Counted from the stretch's first letter, positions 46,121-55,968 are shown. The stretch: DNA of 64,000 bases from a virus (IMGVR_UViG_3300047548_001372:1-64000); one strand, 5' to 3'. Notes: generated by a model not told the origin, from the letters alone. Program-made: numbers and translations.

Positions 46121-46534
46121 TTAGTTATATATTTCAACATCTGCTAATACTGCTGCGGTATAGTATGTTTGTGCAGATGATCGTTCAATTGGGAATTGTT
46201 GTGGGGTGCGTAGGGTGATTTGTACTGAATACCCCCCACTAATAGTTGTTAATCCTTGAAGTGCTTGCACTGCGGAAAGCAGCTTGTTCATTGCTCCACT
46301 TTGTGTCGTATCAATACTGCGAAATGCCATAAATCCTGTCCAACCATTTTGATCAAGAAAATCTGTTCGTTGTCCAAAAATATCTTGCTGTTGGTAAATC
46401 AGTAATGGAAAAGTTGCAGTAGGTGGAGCAGTGACAGAATATACACGACCACTGTATACAGGGCCTAGTGTTTGTGCTAATCCTTGTTGCAGTGCAGACA
46501 TGATTTTTGCTTGGAATGAGTGATCGTATGGCAT
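46121..46534 (-). CDS. tail terminator/completion protein (DUF3168-like)
   Basis: gRVY...AP..a.fP.liY; synteny. Confidence 0.75.
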   Translation of the reverse strand: MPYDHSFQAKIMSALQQGLAQTLGPVYSGRVYSVTAPPTATFPLLIYQQQDIFGQRTDFLDQNGWTGFMAFRSIDTTQSGAMNKLLSAVQALQGLTTISGGYSVQITLRTPQQFPIERSSAQTYYTAAVLADVEIYN

Positions 46535-46537
46535 TGT

Positions 46538-47032
46538 TTATTTTTTCTTTTTACCTTTTCCGCGCATCCTACTTTTTATCGTTTTTTCTACAATGCGAAC
46601 AACAGGAACTCTGCGTGCCGCTGGATAAAGATATGGCTGTGCAGGATGATTAACTGTACCAAACTCCTGGAAAACTGCGCGGGCATCTGGTAGATCTCTT
46701 CCGAACATAACCATAAGCCCACCTTCAGCAGGACGAATCTCCCCACTTCTTTGCAAAGCACTAGTGTCTACAGGGGCGTCTTCTCTTGCCTGATCAAGTA
46801 TTTTCTTTGCTGCTTCGTAAATACCCTCCCCCATTGCTGCAAGTGCTTCATCGTAAAATGCAGCAAACGCATCAAGATTTACATCAACCTGTATTGTTCT
46901 TGTAGAATTAGGCCATGCTTTTCTACCTTTAGGAGGGAAAAGATTAATTCTACGATAGCGTACTTTACTGCCCTCAGCCTCAAGCATTGCTTCAGGTATT
47001 CCAGTAGGTACTTTTCTGCGTCTGCGTGCCAT
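46538..47032 (-). CDS. HK97 gp10-like tail component
   Basis: APVDT..L.RS, A.FQEFGT...PAQPYL.PA. Confidence 0.85.
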   Translation of the reverse strand: MARRRRKVPTGIPEAMLEAEGSKVRYRRINLFPPKGRKAWPNSTRTIQVDVNLDAFAAFYDEALAAMGEGIYEAAKKILDQAREDAPVDTSALQRSGEIRPAEGGLMVMFGRDLPDARAVFQEFGTVNHPAQPYLYPAARRVPVVRIVEKTIKSRMRGKGKKKK

Positions 47033-47034
47033 GA

Positions 47035-47436
47035 CTACACTATCTCCTCAGCACCAATAATAAACGCACCCATTAAATCGTGTTGTGTTGGTACAAACAC
47101 CACATCAAGAACATATGTTTTTACACTATCAGTATACTCTAATCGATCTCCAACTTTTATACCAGTGCCATAGGGAAGCTGGATACGATAGGTTGAGTCA
47201 AAGTAGCTGTACTTTGGTTGACGATACTGAGATGATGTAGTAACACGAGATTCACCAGATCGTACAATGACTCGACATCGTACAGTAACTGGTGAGGCAT
47301 ACTGTGTAACACTCTCACCATCGATAACGACATCAGGTAATCTGCGTTTGAGTGTTATTGTATCCGCGCAAAAAACATCAGCAGCAGTACGTATCTGTTG
47401 TACTTGTGAGAGTAGTTGTGCTTCAGTAAATGCCAC
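47035..47436 (-). CDS. head closure / head-tail joining protein
   Basis: 133 aa; ...lP.gt.i..GDRl; synteny. Confidence 0.7.
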   Translation of the reverse strand: MAFTEAQLLSQVQQIRTAADVFCADTITLKRRLPDVVIDGESVTQYASPVTVRCRVIVRSGESRVTTSSQYRQPKYSYFDSTYRIQLPYGTGIKVGDRLEYTDSVKTYVLDVVFVPTQHDLMGAFIIGAEEIV

Positions 47437-47459
47437 AGGTTGTGTCCTTATTTATTTGT

Positions 47460-47990
47460 TTATTTGTTTAACGTAAGAAGATGTTCTTCTGCTGCTTTGA
47501 TGTATGATGCGCTTTTATCTAGCCGCGCAAGCACTGCAATAAGCCTTCCAACAGTTACTGGGCTGCTAATACCATACAACTGCTTTTTGTATGCAGTAAT
47601 TGGAGAAAGGTTTGCAATTGCTTCAAGATCAGCATCAGACATACTGTTGGTAGTATCTACTCCTGATGCTTCACCATCATACAAACGAATCAGTCCACGT
47701 TCAATAAGTGTTTTATTAAACCTTCGGAATAATCGAGCCTCATTATCGCTGTACAATTCCAATACTTCATCTTCATAGACCAGTGTAACTTTACTACTAC
47801 TGTCTGGAAAATCTTTCTTATTTAATTTTGTAAAATCAAAGTTTGTTGGATTGGTGCGAAGAACAAAGTCGATTGATTCCGAAGGTTTATAGGGATTAAG
47901 ACGTTTTCCACTTACCATATGAGAAACCGTCTTAATCCATCGTTCAACTACTTGTTGATCAAACTCAATAAATTGATGATTTTTTGACAT
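47460..47990 (-). CDS. hypothetical virion-region protein
   Basis: likely start MSKNH; directly downstream of the capsid gene. Confidence 0.65.
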   Translation of the reverse strand: MSKNHQFIEFDQQVVERWIKTVSHMVSGKRLNPYKPSESIDFVLRTNPTNFDFTKLNKKDFPDSSSKVTLVYEDEVLELYSDNEARLFRRFNKTLIERGLIRLYDGEASGVDTTNSMSDADLEAIANLSPITAYKKQLYGISSPVTVGRLIAVLARLDKSASYIKAAEEHLLTLNK

Positions 47991-48061
47991 ACCTATTCCT
48001 TGCAGCAAACAAATGTTTGCCTCTATCGTATAGTTTCTAAAACTATACTATCAATATACTG

Positions 48062-48805
48062 TTAGTGTGTGAGCTTTAGCACACCAATGCCTTCGGGATC
48101 ATCAACCATCATACCGTATGCCTGCCAGCAATGCAGCACATAGTTAGGTGGTTGAGTAGAAGGATCGGTGTAATCCTGAAACTCTGTTGCCCCGTAAAGA
48201 GCAATGATGCCAGGATTATCAGCAATAATCAGCACCTTGTCATCAGGGATAAGACGATCAGCGCGAAGATTACCGCTGTACGCATTTGCAGGTAGCAGGT
48301 TACGTGTTACCTGTGGTAGTTCGATAACAGGAATACCCGTGTAGCGAGTAACCTTGCGAGTGTTGGTAAACTCATTAAACGCAGACTCAATAGGAAATGC
48401 TACTGCATCCGTGTTGCTGCCGTTTAGCTCAAACTCACGAAACTGACCAAAGGTGTACATTGGTCGAAGAGCCTTGCGCGTACCCATAATAGCACGAACG
48501 TTCTGACCATTATCCAGCATACTTTCAATCATTGTATCCAGAGGAGTCTGGGTAAGAGGGCCAGCAAGATCCTCATAGTTGTTTGGCGTATCGCTTTCGT
48601 TCCAAGTCGTGGTAAGCAGGTTAAACACTTTGCTTACCAGATTGTCGAAAATATCAGCGCGAAGATCATTGCGCATCTGAGCAACACTACCAACTTCGCC
48701 CGAGTTAACTTCCCAGAGTGAGTGAGAAGTACCGGCGATAAGACGATCAAACACAAACGTATACTTGTCTACGAATGATGTCTGATCAGTGAGATGCTTT
48801 GAACC
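48062..48805 (-). CDS. major capsid protein, exon 2
   Basis: begins GSKHL after the intron's terminal G; Y.G.PV.ELP capsid-like motif. Confidence 0.8.
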   Translation of the reverse strand, partial: GSKHLTDQTSFVDKYTFVFDRLIAGTSHSLWEVNSGEVGSVAQMRNDLRADIFDNLVSKVFNLLTTTWNESDTPNNYEDLAGPLTQTPLDTMIESMLDNGQNVRAIMGTRKALRPMYTFGQFREFELNGSNTDAVAFPIESAFNEFTNTRKVTRYTGIPVIELPQVTRNLLPANAYSGNLRADRLIPDDKVLIIADNPGIIALYGATEFQDYTDPSTQPPNYVLHCWQAYGMMVDDPEGIGVLKLTH

Positions 48806-49831
48806 CAAAGATGTTCTGAATATATCGTTAAATATATTCCTTCCTATCACTAGGAAGATCAGACTATATCATCATCTCTTCGTATAGAAGAGAGCCTAAC
48901 ACGCGGTATGGTTATCTCTTGTGTTTACGGCTTCCCGCGCAGCGGTTTCGCGAAGAGCTTTTCGTTCCTTTAACCGATTGTACACGATAGTTTTATCAAC
49001 TTTATACGTAAAACTTGGTTGTACAAATGGAGTGACAATATCAAGCATGCGATCCACATCTTTTGTTGACAATTGCAGATAGTATAACAATGAACCAACT
49101 TTTGAACGATACTGCTTGACGTTCCAGTCTAAGTTAAACTTCTCTTTTAATGCACTGCGTAGTAACATTTGTTCTGCATAGCAGAATGATTCAGTGGAAA
49201 GTGCAATTTCATGACGAAAGGTATCTTTTCGGAATGATCCACTATGCCATCCATCTTGTACAAACCAGATAGCAAGAAACTCTGCATCTAGTAATGTAAG
49301 ATGATGTGGATCAATAACTTTACGTCCGATAGGATACATTCTCTCACGAAAGTTTGTGTAGAATGGATGATGTCGTGATCGTATGCGTATAGTTGGTTTG
49401 ATTGTTTTTGTTGCTGTTTTTACACCAGCCCGCACATCGTAACGAATACTTGTGATGTGTGATAAGCGATCTGCAATATAATCTAAATGATCAAGATGCT
49501 CTGATGTTTGTCCAAGTTCAAATCCGCTGTTTTCCTTATTCTTGCACGCAGTAACGTGCGCGTCTCCAAATAAACAAGCAGCTACAATCTTTGTAAGCTC
49601 TTTTCTATTTGGTGTAATGATAAGTGGTGCTTGAGTAACCACCTTCCTTGGTAGATTGACAGTAAGAACCTCTGTTTCTACTTCTTGTTCTAAACATACC
49701 ATAGTCGTTGCTCTTCTCCATCAGGAGTAAGATCAGGATTGTCAACAAAATACATAAATATTGTTGATGTTCCCTGAGTTCTGTTAGGTGAAACATACAG
49801 TATCACTACTGTACGGCCCAGTTCAGCAGCT
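48806..49831 (-). ncRNA. group I intron in the major capsid protein gene
   Basis: P1 GCCU|AG...CUGGGC with U.G at the splice site; P7 GACUA(49706-49702)/UAGUC(48866-48862); ends in G; removal restores the frame MVP|GSK. Confidence 0.88.
48896..49702 (-). CDS. intron-encoded LAGLIDADG homing endonuclease
   Basis: IVAACLFGDAHV and FLAIWFVQDG motifs; HPFYT..RERMY. Confidence 0.9.
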   Translation of the reverse strand: MVCLEQEVETEVLTVNLPRKVVTQAPLIITPNRKELTKIVAACLFGDAHVTACKNKENSGFELGQTSEHLDHLDYIADRLSHITSIRYDVRAGVKTATKTIKPTIRIRSRHHPFYTNFRERMYPIGRKVIDPHHLTLLDAEFLAIWFVQDGWHSGSFRKDTFRHEIALSTESFCYAEQMLLRSALKEKFNLDWNVKQYRSKVGSLLYYLQLSTKDVDRMLDIVTPFVQPSFTYKVDKTIVYNRLKERKALRETAAREAVNTRDNHTAC

Positions 49832-50059
49832 AGGCACCATCGTGCGAACAGGATACATACCACGACGAACACGGCGAGCAATTTCATCACCAGGAGCAAT
49901 AGTCATGGTGGGCATGAAAGAACTAAACAGATCAAGCGTGAGCTTGTTTGGCTGAATAACGTCCATCATCACTTCTGCATAGCTACTGCGACGGTTAGGG
50001 GCATTACCAGCACCGCGTGCATGTTCCGCAAGTGCCTTGATATATTTCTCTTCTAGCAT
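49832..50059 (-). CDS. major capsid protein, exon 1
   Basis: likely start MLEEK (GGAG RBS); 76 codons ending in CCT; spliced product ~323 aa. Confidence 0.8.
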
Positions 50060-50084
50060 TGACTTCTCCATAATAGATTACTGA

Positions 50085-50624
50085 CTACTGGCTAAGAGTG
50101 AATACAAGCACGCCAAGCGAACTGTTATACTCTTCGGTATATCCGACAGCTTCAGATTCGGTAGCAGTATATTCCCACTTACCACTTGCACCAACCTTAA
50201 TCTTGTTACCAGGAACACGAATGTTTGAGCTATCAGTAAATGCACCGGAAGGTACGGCGTAGGTACCACCACGCTGTGCAGTGGCAAGAACACCAGAAGG
50301 AAGTGTGGGGTTCCACAGTGTGCTCATACCGACAAGATACTGATTGCCGAGGTTGCGAATAGGATCAGCGTACCCACTGTTACGATCCATCACCACACTG
50401 GGATTAGCAGTGTAGAAGGCTTCACGAGTAGGACGTGAAAAATCATCTGGCGCGGCGATAAGAATAAACACGTTCACCGTTTCACCAGCAGTTGCAAGCG
50501 TAGCAGTAGGAAGATCAGGCTTGAGTGCATTTGCTGCACCAAGTTTCACTGCAAGACCTTCCTGAAATGCACCACCTAGACGTACACCACGTGAAACGTC
50601 AGAAAGACGACTAACATAAGCCAT
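50085..50624 (-). CDS. capsid decoration/cement protein
   Basis: 179 aa, Gly/Ala-rich, between the scaffold and capsid genes. Confidence 0.65.
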   Translation of the reverse strand: MAYVSRLSDVSRGVRLGGAFQEGLAVKLGAANALKPDLPTATLATAGETVNVFILIAAPDDFSRPTREAFYTANPSVVMDRNSGYADPIRNLGNQYLVGMSTLWNPTLPSGVLATAQRGGTYAVPSGAFTDSSNIRVPGNKIKVGASGKWEYTATESEAVGYTEEYNSSLGVLVFTLSQ

Positions 50625-50642
50625 GGATAATCTCCTACAATG

Positions 50643-52277
50643 TTATACAATTTTACGTAATGCTTCAGCTAATGAAGCATGCGTGATAAGTGATTCGGTA
50701 AAGATTGGTTCTGGAATTGGTTGATGGATGGATGCTTGTGATTTACTTTTATCCCGCGCATAATCACGAACATACTGTTCAAATACGCGGTCTGTCATCT
50801 CAAGAATGACTTCTTCGCGCTCAGCCCATTCAGCTTCGCGCATTACGACACCAGCCGAACTAAGTTGCTGTTTGCGTTGAACGATAAGCAATGCCTTTCG
50901 TTCTGCTTCTGCTTTTACTCGTTCAATCTCTGCGAGGGTGAATTGTGCTTTATGTAGATCTTCGCGCACATTTACAAGCTCAGCTTGTGACTTACTAAGC
51001 TCTTGCTGAAGTGATGTAATTCGCTGAACAAGATCTTGTAAACTTGCAGAAAATGATTCAGCAAAGGGCTTCATATCTATGTACTTCTTTTTGTTCTTTT
51101 TGTAGGCTTCTACCTCTGGTAGTAAATTATCAAATACGCCTACCATGGATGTTTGAAGCTGATTCATCATCATAAAAAACAATTCAATAAGTGCTTCAAA
51201 CTCTTCTTCTAATGGATCTTCCATATCATTTTCAGGCATAGCACCAGGCATATCACCTGAATATGGTTCATCCATACTTGATTCTGCTTCAAGTACAGGA
51301 TCTACATTTTGATCTTCAATAATACCTTTTGTAGTATCTTCAGTAGTATTTGACATTGCTTCACTTTTTGGTTCTTCACTTTGGCTTTCTGCCCAACTCA
51401 TTGCACGTCGTGAGCTGGTAGAAGATCCACCACCCCAGAGCGCGTGAGCAACAACACCAGGTGAAGGATAATCTTTGTGTCCAGGCTTTGCAGACGGAGC
51501 AGTAAGATCAACCATGTGACGAGCAAACCATGCAGCCATACGTTTTGCTTTATCACGACTAATTGATCCAGAAGCCATCTGCCTTGCTTCACGCACAGTT
51601 TGTGCTGTTACTCCACCTCCGGATTTTCCTTCCTCGTGCCATTTTAATCCACGCCGCGCATTATTTCTAATCCATTGAGGAACACTTACTGCTGCAACTT
51701 CATGCTCTTGTTCAGCTTCTTGTTCAATATTTTGCTCTTTCTTTGCAATAGTTTCTGCAATAGCAAGAATACGTGTTCTGTTTGGGCCATATGCGGGGGT
51801 ATCAACAATACACGTTCCAGCAAGGATACAATCACTTAACCACTCAACACCAGATTCATCTACCGTTGAATCGCTGTGATAGATCTCCCAAGATGTTCCA
51901 ACACCTTCAGCAAACATTTCTTTAAGATAAGTAGCAATATCGGAATGATCTTCTGTCCAAATAACTGCTTCCCCTTTTACTACTTCCCGCCCATTATCGG
52001 TATCTTCATATACTCGTACAATTGGGCCTAAAGGGATTGCTCCAGAATGACCATGAAATTGCTCACCATCAAAGTTAATGCGAAGCGGCATGTTTAATGC
52101 AGATCGCATAATGTTTGCTTTTTCACGTAATGGAATAGCTTGATTGTTAATGTTTGGCTCAAAGTCGGTAAGAATAAGCCCTACTCTTGTCTGTAGTGGG
52201 TTGTTTGATTCACTCACTGCGGCTGATGATTGAATATACCCACGAGCGAGTGCTTTATGCACTCTGGCTTCTGTCAT
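50643..52277 (-). CDS. prohead protease-scaffold fusion with an inserted accessory domain
   Basis: PN.N, H, SWEI, G.CIV..PAY protease motifs; central ARRGL.W...RMAAWFARH...ALWGG domain; C-terminal coiled coil. Confidence 0.8.
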   Translation of the reverse strand: MTEARVHKALARGYIQSSAAVSESNNPLQTRVGLILTDFEPNINNQAIPLREKANIMRSALNMPLRINFDGEQFHGHSGAIPLGPIVRVYEDTDNGREVVKGEAVIWTEDHSDIATYLKEMFAEGVGTSWEIYHSDSTVDESGVEWLSDCILAGTCIVDTPAYGPNRTRILAIAETIAKKEQNIEQEAEQEHEVAAVSVPQWIRNNARRGLKWHEEGKSGGGVTAQTVREARQMASGSISRDKAKRMAAWFARHMVDLTAPSAKPGHKDYPSPGVVAHALWGGGSSTSSRRAMSWAESQSEEPKSEAMSNTTEDTTKGIIEDQNVDPVLEAESSMDEPYSGDMPGAMPENDMEDPLEEEFEALIELFFMMMNQLQTSMVGVFDNLLPEVEAYKKNKKKYIDMKPFAESFSASLQDLVQRITSLQQELSKSQAELVNVREDLHKAQFTLAEIERVKAEAERKALLIVQRKQQLSSAGVVMREAEWAEREEVILEMTDRVFEQYVRDYARDKSKSQASIHQPIPEPIFTESLITHASLAEALRKIV

Positions 52278-52312
52278 AGCACACCCCTTGAGATAAAAAG
52301 TATCTCTATATA

Positions 52313-52333
52313 ATATGTAATAGTTTTTTCACA
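52313..52333 (-). promoter_or_regulatory. candidate late-promoter motif TGTGAAAAAACTATTAC
   Basis: identical 17-mer at 53538-53554; similar sequence at 55194 (+). Confidence 0.5.
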
Positions 52334-52336
52334 AAA

Positions 52337-53110
52337 TTAAAATACCGTACTACAGATACCAACACATTCAGTACTTGGATCGTAAGAAAATAAATCTAAT
52401 TGAAGTGATTCATTTTCTATCTGAATACGTAAATCTTCTAAACTCATTGATGAGTGAAATGTACACTTTTTTCCAACTTCTTTAGAAAACTGTTTTTCTA
52501 CTCGTTCTCTTTCTGCATATACTTCTGGAAGTGTTTTATAGAGATGTTTCCAACTGTTTATACCTTGGCGCACACATCCACCAGCACAATTGTTATGAGT
52601 AAAACCTAATTTGTATAATAAAGGTTGTTCAATATTTGCATCTTTAAGAAATTGATCTATCTGTTTATCAGTAACATTTTCAGTTATTAAAGGAAAGCGT
52701 AAGTAACATGGTTTATTATTTCTAGCAGAAAGAGAAGCGTATACATCTGTTATTCTTTTTGCACGATGTGATTCGTGCGGGGCAATACCAAAAACAAGAA
52801 TATCATGTGGTTGATAGAACTCCTGTAATCTCTTACCTTTTAACGTTGAAGAGCAGAATGGATGACGATCTGAACCAAGCATACCTTGCTCAAAGAAAAG
52901 ATCTTCAGGAGTCCTACCATCTACATCATATATAATTTCTTTAGTAAAGTACGTAGAAAGATCTTGTAAAAATCGATATAGATCACTGTGTTCCCATTTT
53001 GTATCGTTAAAATACAGAATAACAGAATCTTTAGGATAGGTCTTTAATGCCCAGTCTGCACACCATGCACTTGCTTTTCCTCCACTAAGTGCGACGATAA
53101 CTCTTGACAT
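52337..53110 (-). CDS. PAPS-reductase-family (PP-loop) protein
   Basis: SGGK.SA, F.DT..E..DLYRFL, CS..LK, Y.LGF.HNNC.GGCV. Confidence 0.8.
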   Translation of the reverse strand: MSRVIVALSGGKASAWCADWALKTYPKDSVILYFNDTKWEHSDLYRFLQDLSTYFTKEIIYDVDGRTPEDLFFEQGMLGSDRHPFCSSTLKGKRLQEFYQPHDILVFGIAPHESHRAKRITDVYASLSARNNKPCYLRFPLITENVTDKQIDQFLKDANIEQPLLYKLGFTHNNCAGGCVRQGINSWKHLYKTLPEVYAERERVEKQFSKEVGKKCTFHSSMSLEDLRIQIENESLQLDLFSYDPSTECVGICSTVF

Positions 53111-53511
53111 GCTTCTCCTTTAGATCGATATTTTTTAACAATAGCGCGCACTGTTTGATAGCTTACTGGATCATCTAGTAGCTTTGCGAGGGAACGATAT
53201 GATAGATTCTTATTTTTCATTCCACGCACAACTAAATCTCTGTCTTGATCATACAGCGCTAAAATATCATTTACTATTTTCCAGGAAATAGGAGGTCTTC
53301 CATTACGTTTCTGTATTTCTATTAAATTACCAGTATGATCAGTATAAAGAGAATAACATTCTTTTTGATCAATTGCTTGTTGTACATTATCCATACGCAA
53401 TAAACTAGTAAACCATGATTCTTTCATTGAATTACCGTATTGAAGAAAACACGATTTACACAACTTCATCTTTGGTGCAATCTTTGTAGTACAAAGAATA
53501 CATGTTCTCAT
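53044..53511 (-). CDS. zinc-finger/HTH DNA-binding protein
   Basis: N-terminal CxxC..CxxC; GRPP; lSYR.LA.....vS.qTV HTH. Confidence 0.65.
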   Translation of the reverse strand: MRTCILCTTKIAPKMKLCKSCFLQYGNSMKESWFTSLLRMDNVQQAIDQKECYSLYTDHTGNLIEIQKRNGRPPISWKIVNDILALYDQDRDLVVRGMKNKNLSYRSLAKLLDDPVSYQTVRAIVKKYRSKGEACQELSSHLVEEKQVHGVQTGH

Positions 53512-53595
53512 AGAGAAACTCCTTTACATGTATATAAGTAATAGTTTTTTCACACTTTTGTAGATACTTTTGCGCGCAAAAAGTATTACCCAGAT

Positions 53596-53624
53596 AGTAT
53601 ACCACAAAATACTATAGTTGTCAA
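53596..53624 (-). promoter_or_regulatory. leftward sigma70 promoter
   Basis: TTGACA-17-TATACT with an extended TG. Confidence 0.75.
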
Positions 53625-54079
53625 CTACTGCGTATTTTTAAAAACTCTTTACACTCTACCAGAAAGTTATCTGGTAAGCTACCCAGTAAGCTACCAGGTA
53701 TTATTTATGTATTTTTTTTTATATGCTTTCTGTACATGCTCTCTGTATATTCTTTCTGGTTATTCTTTCTGTATATAGCTATCTGGATGATCATGTATAT
53801 AGTATATAATATATACGCGCACACGCATGAGGGCATTATGTAAAGTTTTAATAGTGTGCGTGTTGATAAAAACTATCAATTATAGGCATATGCCCCTGTA
53901 AGCTCGTAGGAGCCATTCTCAGGCACTTTAGGTAAAAACCCTAGTCAGGGTACCAAAAGCATCTTTCCGTCGCTCCTAGACCCCTTGTAGGCCCTCACAG
54001 AAGCATTGTAGAATATTGATAGTTGTCGGAGTAATTTGATGGATGGTTTTTGAGATAATTCACTCACCCGCACATAAAA

Positions 54080-54127
54080 ATAGGGGAAAATTACCCTATT
54101 GACATTTGTCTATGTGCGTGCTATAAT
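54080..54127 (+). promoter_or_regulatory. rightward class-2 sigma70 promoter
   Basis: ataggggaaaattacccta-TTGACA(54099)-17-TATAAT(54122). Confidence 0.85.
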
Positions 54128-54159
54128 AAAACCTGAAAGCAACAAACAAAGGAGGTGAT

Positions 54160-54501
54160 ATGGTACGAATTAAAGTTGCATCAAAAGAGTTCTATATCCC
54201 AAAAGAAATTATGTTCTACCCAGATCAAATCCTTGATGAACGTACAAATATGTGGAGGATTTCATTTAATAGCGTCACAGAGCCTAGCTTGACTCAAACA
54301 ATAGCAAACTTTGCAGCAAGTCTTAATTATAAGACAACACAAGTTGTTATTAATAGTCCAACCACTACAGTAAAGTATTACAATGTTACGATTTCTGTTG
54401 TTCGTGATACCGTATTGTTTGTAGATTTTGAAACAGAAGCTAAGCCATCAAATGTTGTTGTATCATTTAAATCAAAGCAGCAACATGCGGGGGTAGTGTA
54501 A
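54160..54501 (+). CDS. hypothetical protein
   Basis: 113 aa; AAAGGAGGTG RBS. Confidence 0.8.
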   Translation: MVRIKVASKEFYIPKEIMFYPDQILDERTNMWRISFNSVTEPSLTQTIANFAASLNYKTTQVVINSPTTTVKYYNVTISVVRDTVLFVDFETEAKPSNVVVSFKSKQQHAGVV

Positions 54502-54522
54502 AACAATAATAAGGAGTATCGT

Positions 54523-55146
54523 ATGAAGATCAGTGACTACCCAACCCTAGCTATGCGAACCGCAGTATATCCTAAAGAGCATAGCTTGAGCTATCCAATT
54601 CTTGGACTTATCAGTGAGCTTACCGAACTACATGACAAGGCTTCACAGACTACGCCAAAGTATGCACAACACAATACACTTATCCGTGACAACATCCGTG
54701 CTGAACTTGGTGATGTGTATTGGTACATGGCTGCTATCTGTGTTCATTTTGATTGGAAGTTTGAAGAGCTTATTGATCCCGCGCACATGTCAAACACTGG
54801 ATATAATGCAAACTTCTATCTTCCTGATACTTATCTGCTTGGGCATATTGGAGATCTTGCTGGTAAAGCAAAGAAACTATTGCGCGGCGATTATACTCCC
54901 TATTCTGGAGCAGAAGATTACATCTGGCGATCACTACGATCCATTCACACTATTCTACTTGAGTGGATGTTGTACTTGTGTATTGATGAAGATCTGCCAG
55001 AAGCACCGCGAGATCTCTTTCCTGAGTCAAGCGTATGGCTCACTCGTGACTATGCGCTTATTTACGCAACATTGAATGAGAATATCGCAAAGCTATCACA
55101 GCGTCTAGATCGTGGAACCATTCAGGGTGATGGAGATAATCGGTAA
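54523..55146 (+). CDS. mazG: MazG-like nucleotide pyrophosphohydrolase
   Basis: TAVYP, LGL.sE..E, ELGDV.WY, N..KL..R..RG.IQG.GDNR. Confidence 0.85.
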   Translation: MKISDYPTLAMRTAVYPKEHSLSYPILGLISELTELHDKASQTTPKYAQHNTLIRDNIRAELGDVYWYMAAICVHFDWKFEELIDPAHMSNTGYNANFYLPDTYLLGHIGDLAGKAKKLLRGDYTPYSGAEDYIWRSLRSIHTILLEWMLYLCIDEDLPEAPRDLFPESSVWLTRDYALIYATLNENIAKLSQRLDRGTIQGDGDNR

Positions 55147-55243
55147 CTATTGTGCGCGTGAACATTAACAACTACATATTATGTAAATAGGAGTGTGAAA
55201 AAAGTATATCCTATATATACAGGATAAACAAGTACGTATGGAT

Positions 55244-55276
55244 GTTGGGCATATGAAAATATGCCCAACTATTTTT
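55244..55276 (+). terminator. hairpin/terminator
   Basis: gttgggcata/tatgcccaac followed by a T-run. Confidence 0.6.
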
Positions 55277-55292
55277 CATGAAAGGGATGATC

Positions 55293-55637
55293 ATGCAATA
55301 CCTCTTAATTAATAACGCGAGCGTGCTAAAACAGATTGGCGATGGTATTCTTGTGCGCTACTCTGTTTCTGCGTATGAAGGATCTCCTACAATTACGAAT
55401 AGTGATTATTCTTCTGGTTTGTTTTTAGGTGATTATGACTTAGTTATTCTTGTGCGCGCACAAGATACTACAGAAATGATCAAAAATGCACTTATTGCTG
55501 CATTTCAAGCAATCACTATTTCTAACGACAAAGCACTTGCATTACGCGGTCAGCGTGTGGATTGTTTGCTTACTGAAACTGCAAAACCTAAGCTACCAAA
55601 TTACACATTAAGTTATGGTGATAGTAATGTCAGTTAA
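55293..55637 (+). CDS. hypothetical protein
   Basis: likely start MQYLL. Confidence 0.65.
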   Translation: MQYLLINNASVLKQIGDGILVRYSVSAYEGSPTITNSDYSSGLFLGDYDLVILVRAQDTTEMIKNALIAAFQAITISNDKALALRGQRVDCLLTETAKPKLPNYTLSYGDSNVS

Positions 55638-55968
55638 AACGCTACCAAACCTTCGCGCATATTCTGTACGTAATGCAATTGTTGCTATGACAGATTTTAC
55701 GTACAAACATCGTCGTGTTGGAGTATTGTGGGTAGATAAAGATACTCACAAAAGCCTACAAGATTACTACGTAGGAGTAGTGTGCGCGAATGATAATACA
55801 GAGGCAATTCTTCACTTCATGATTAACACCAACGCTATTACAACATATGGGAAGGAGTATGTATTTGATGAACTAGTATTTTATTTTGAAAATTATCATC
55901 ATCAACTTCCAAAAATGTGTATATGGGATAATGATTCTTATTGTATTATTGATGAGTATGAGCAATGA
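55627..55968 (+). CDS. hypothetical protein
   Basis: likely start MSVKT; ATGA overlap with the methyltransferase. Confidence 0.65.
   Translation: MSVKTLPNLRAYSVRNAIVAMTDFTYKHRRVGVLWVDKDTHKSLQDYYVGVVCANDNTEAILHFMINTNAITTYGKEYVFDELVFYFENYHHQLPKMCIWDNDSYCIIDEYEQ

Noticed and set aside
539-47778. Plus-strand ORFs in the track overlapping the minus-strand genes (e.g. 539, 9590, 20991, 46751, 47416)
   Set aside because: Antisense shadows with no RBS or recognisable motifs; the same applies to minus-strand ORFs overlapping genes beyond 54 kb
48806-48850. Track start for a stand-alone 262-aa ORF at 48850 (and a 312-aa ORF at 58822)
   Set aside because: These starts lie inside the group I introns; the ORFs are second exons
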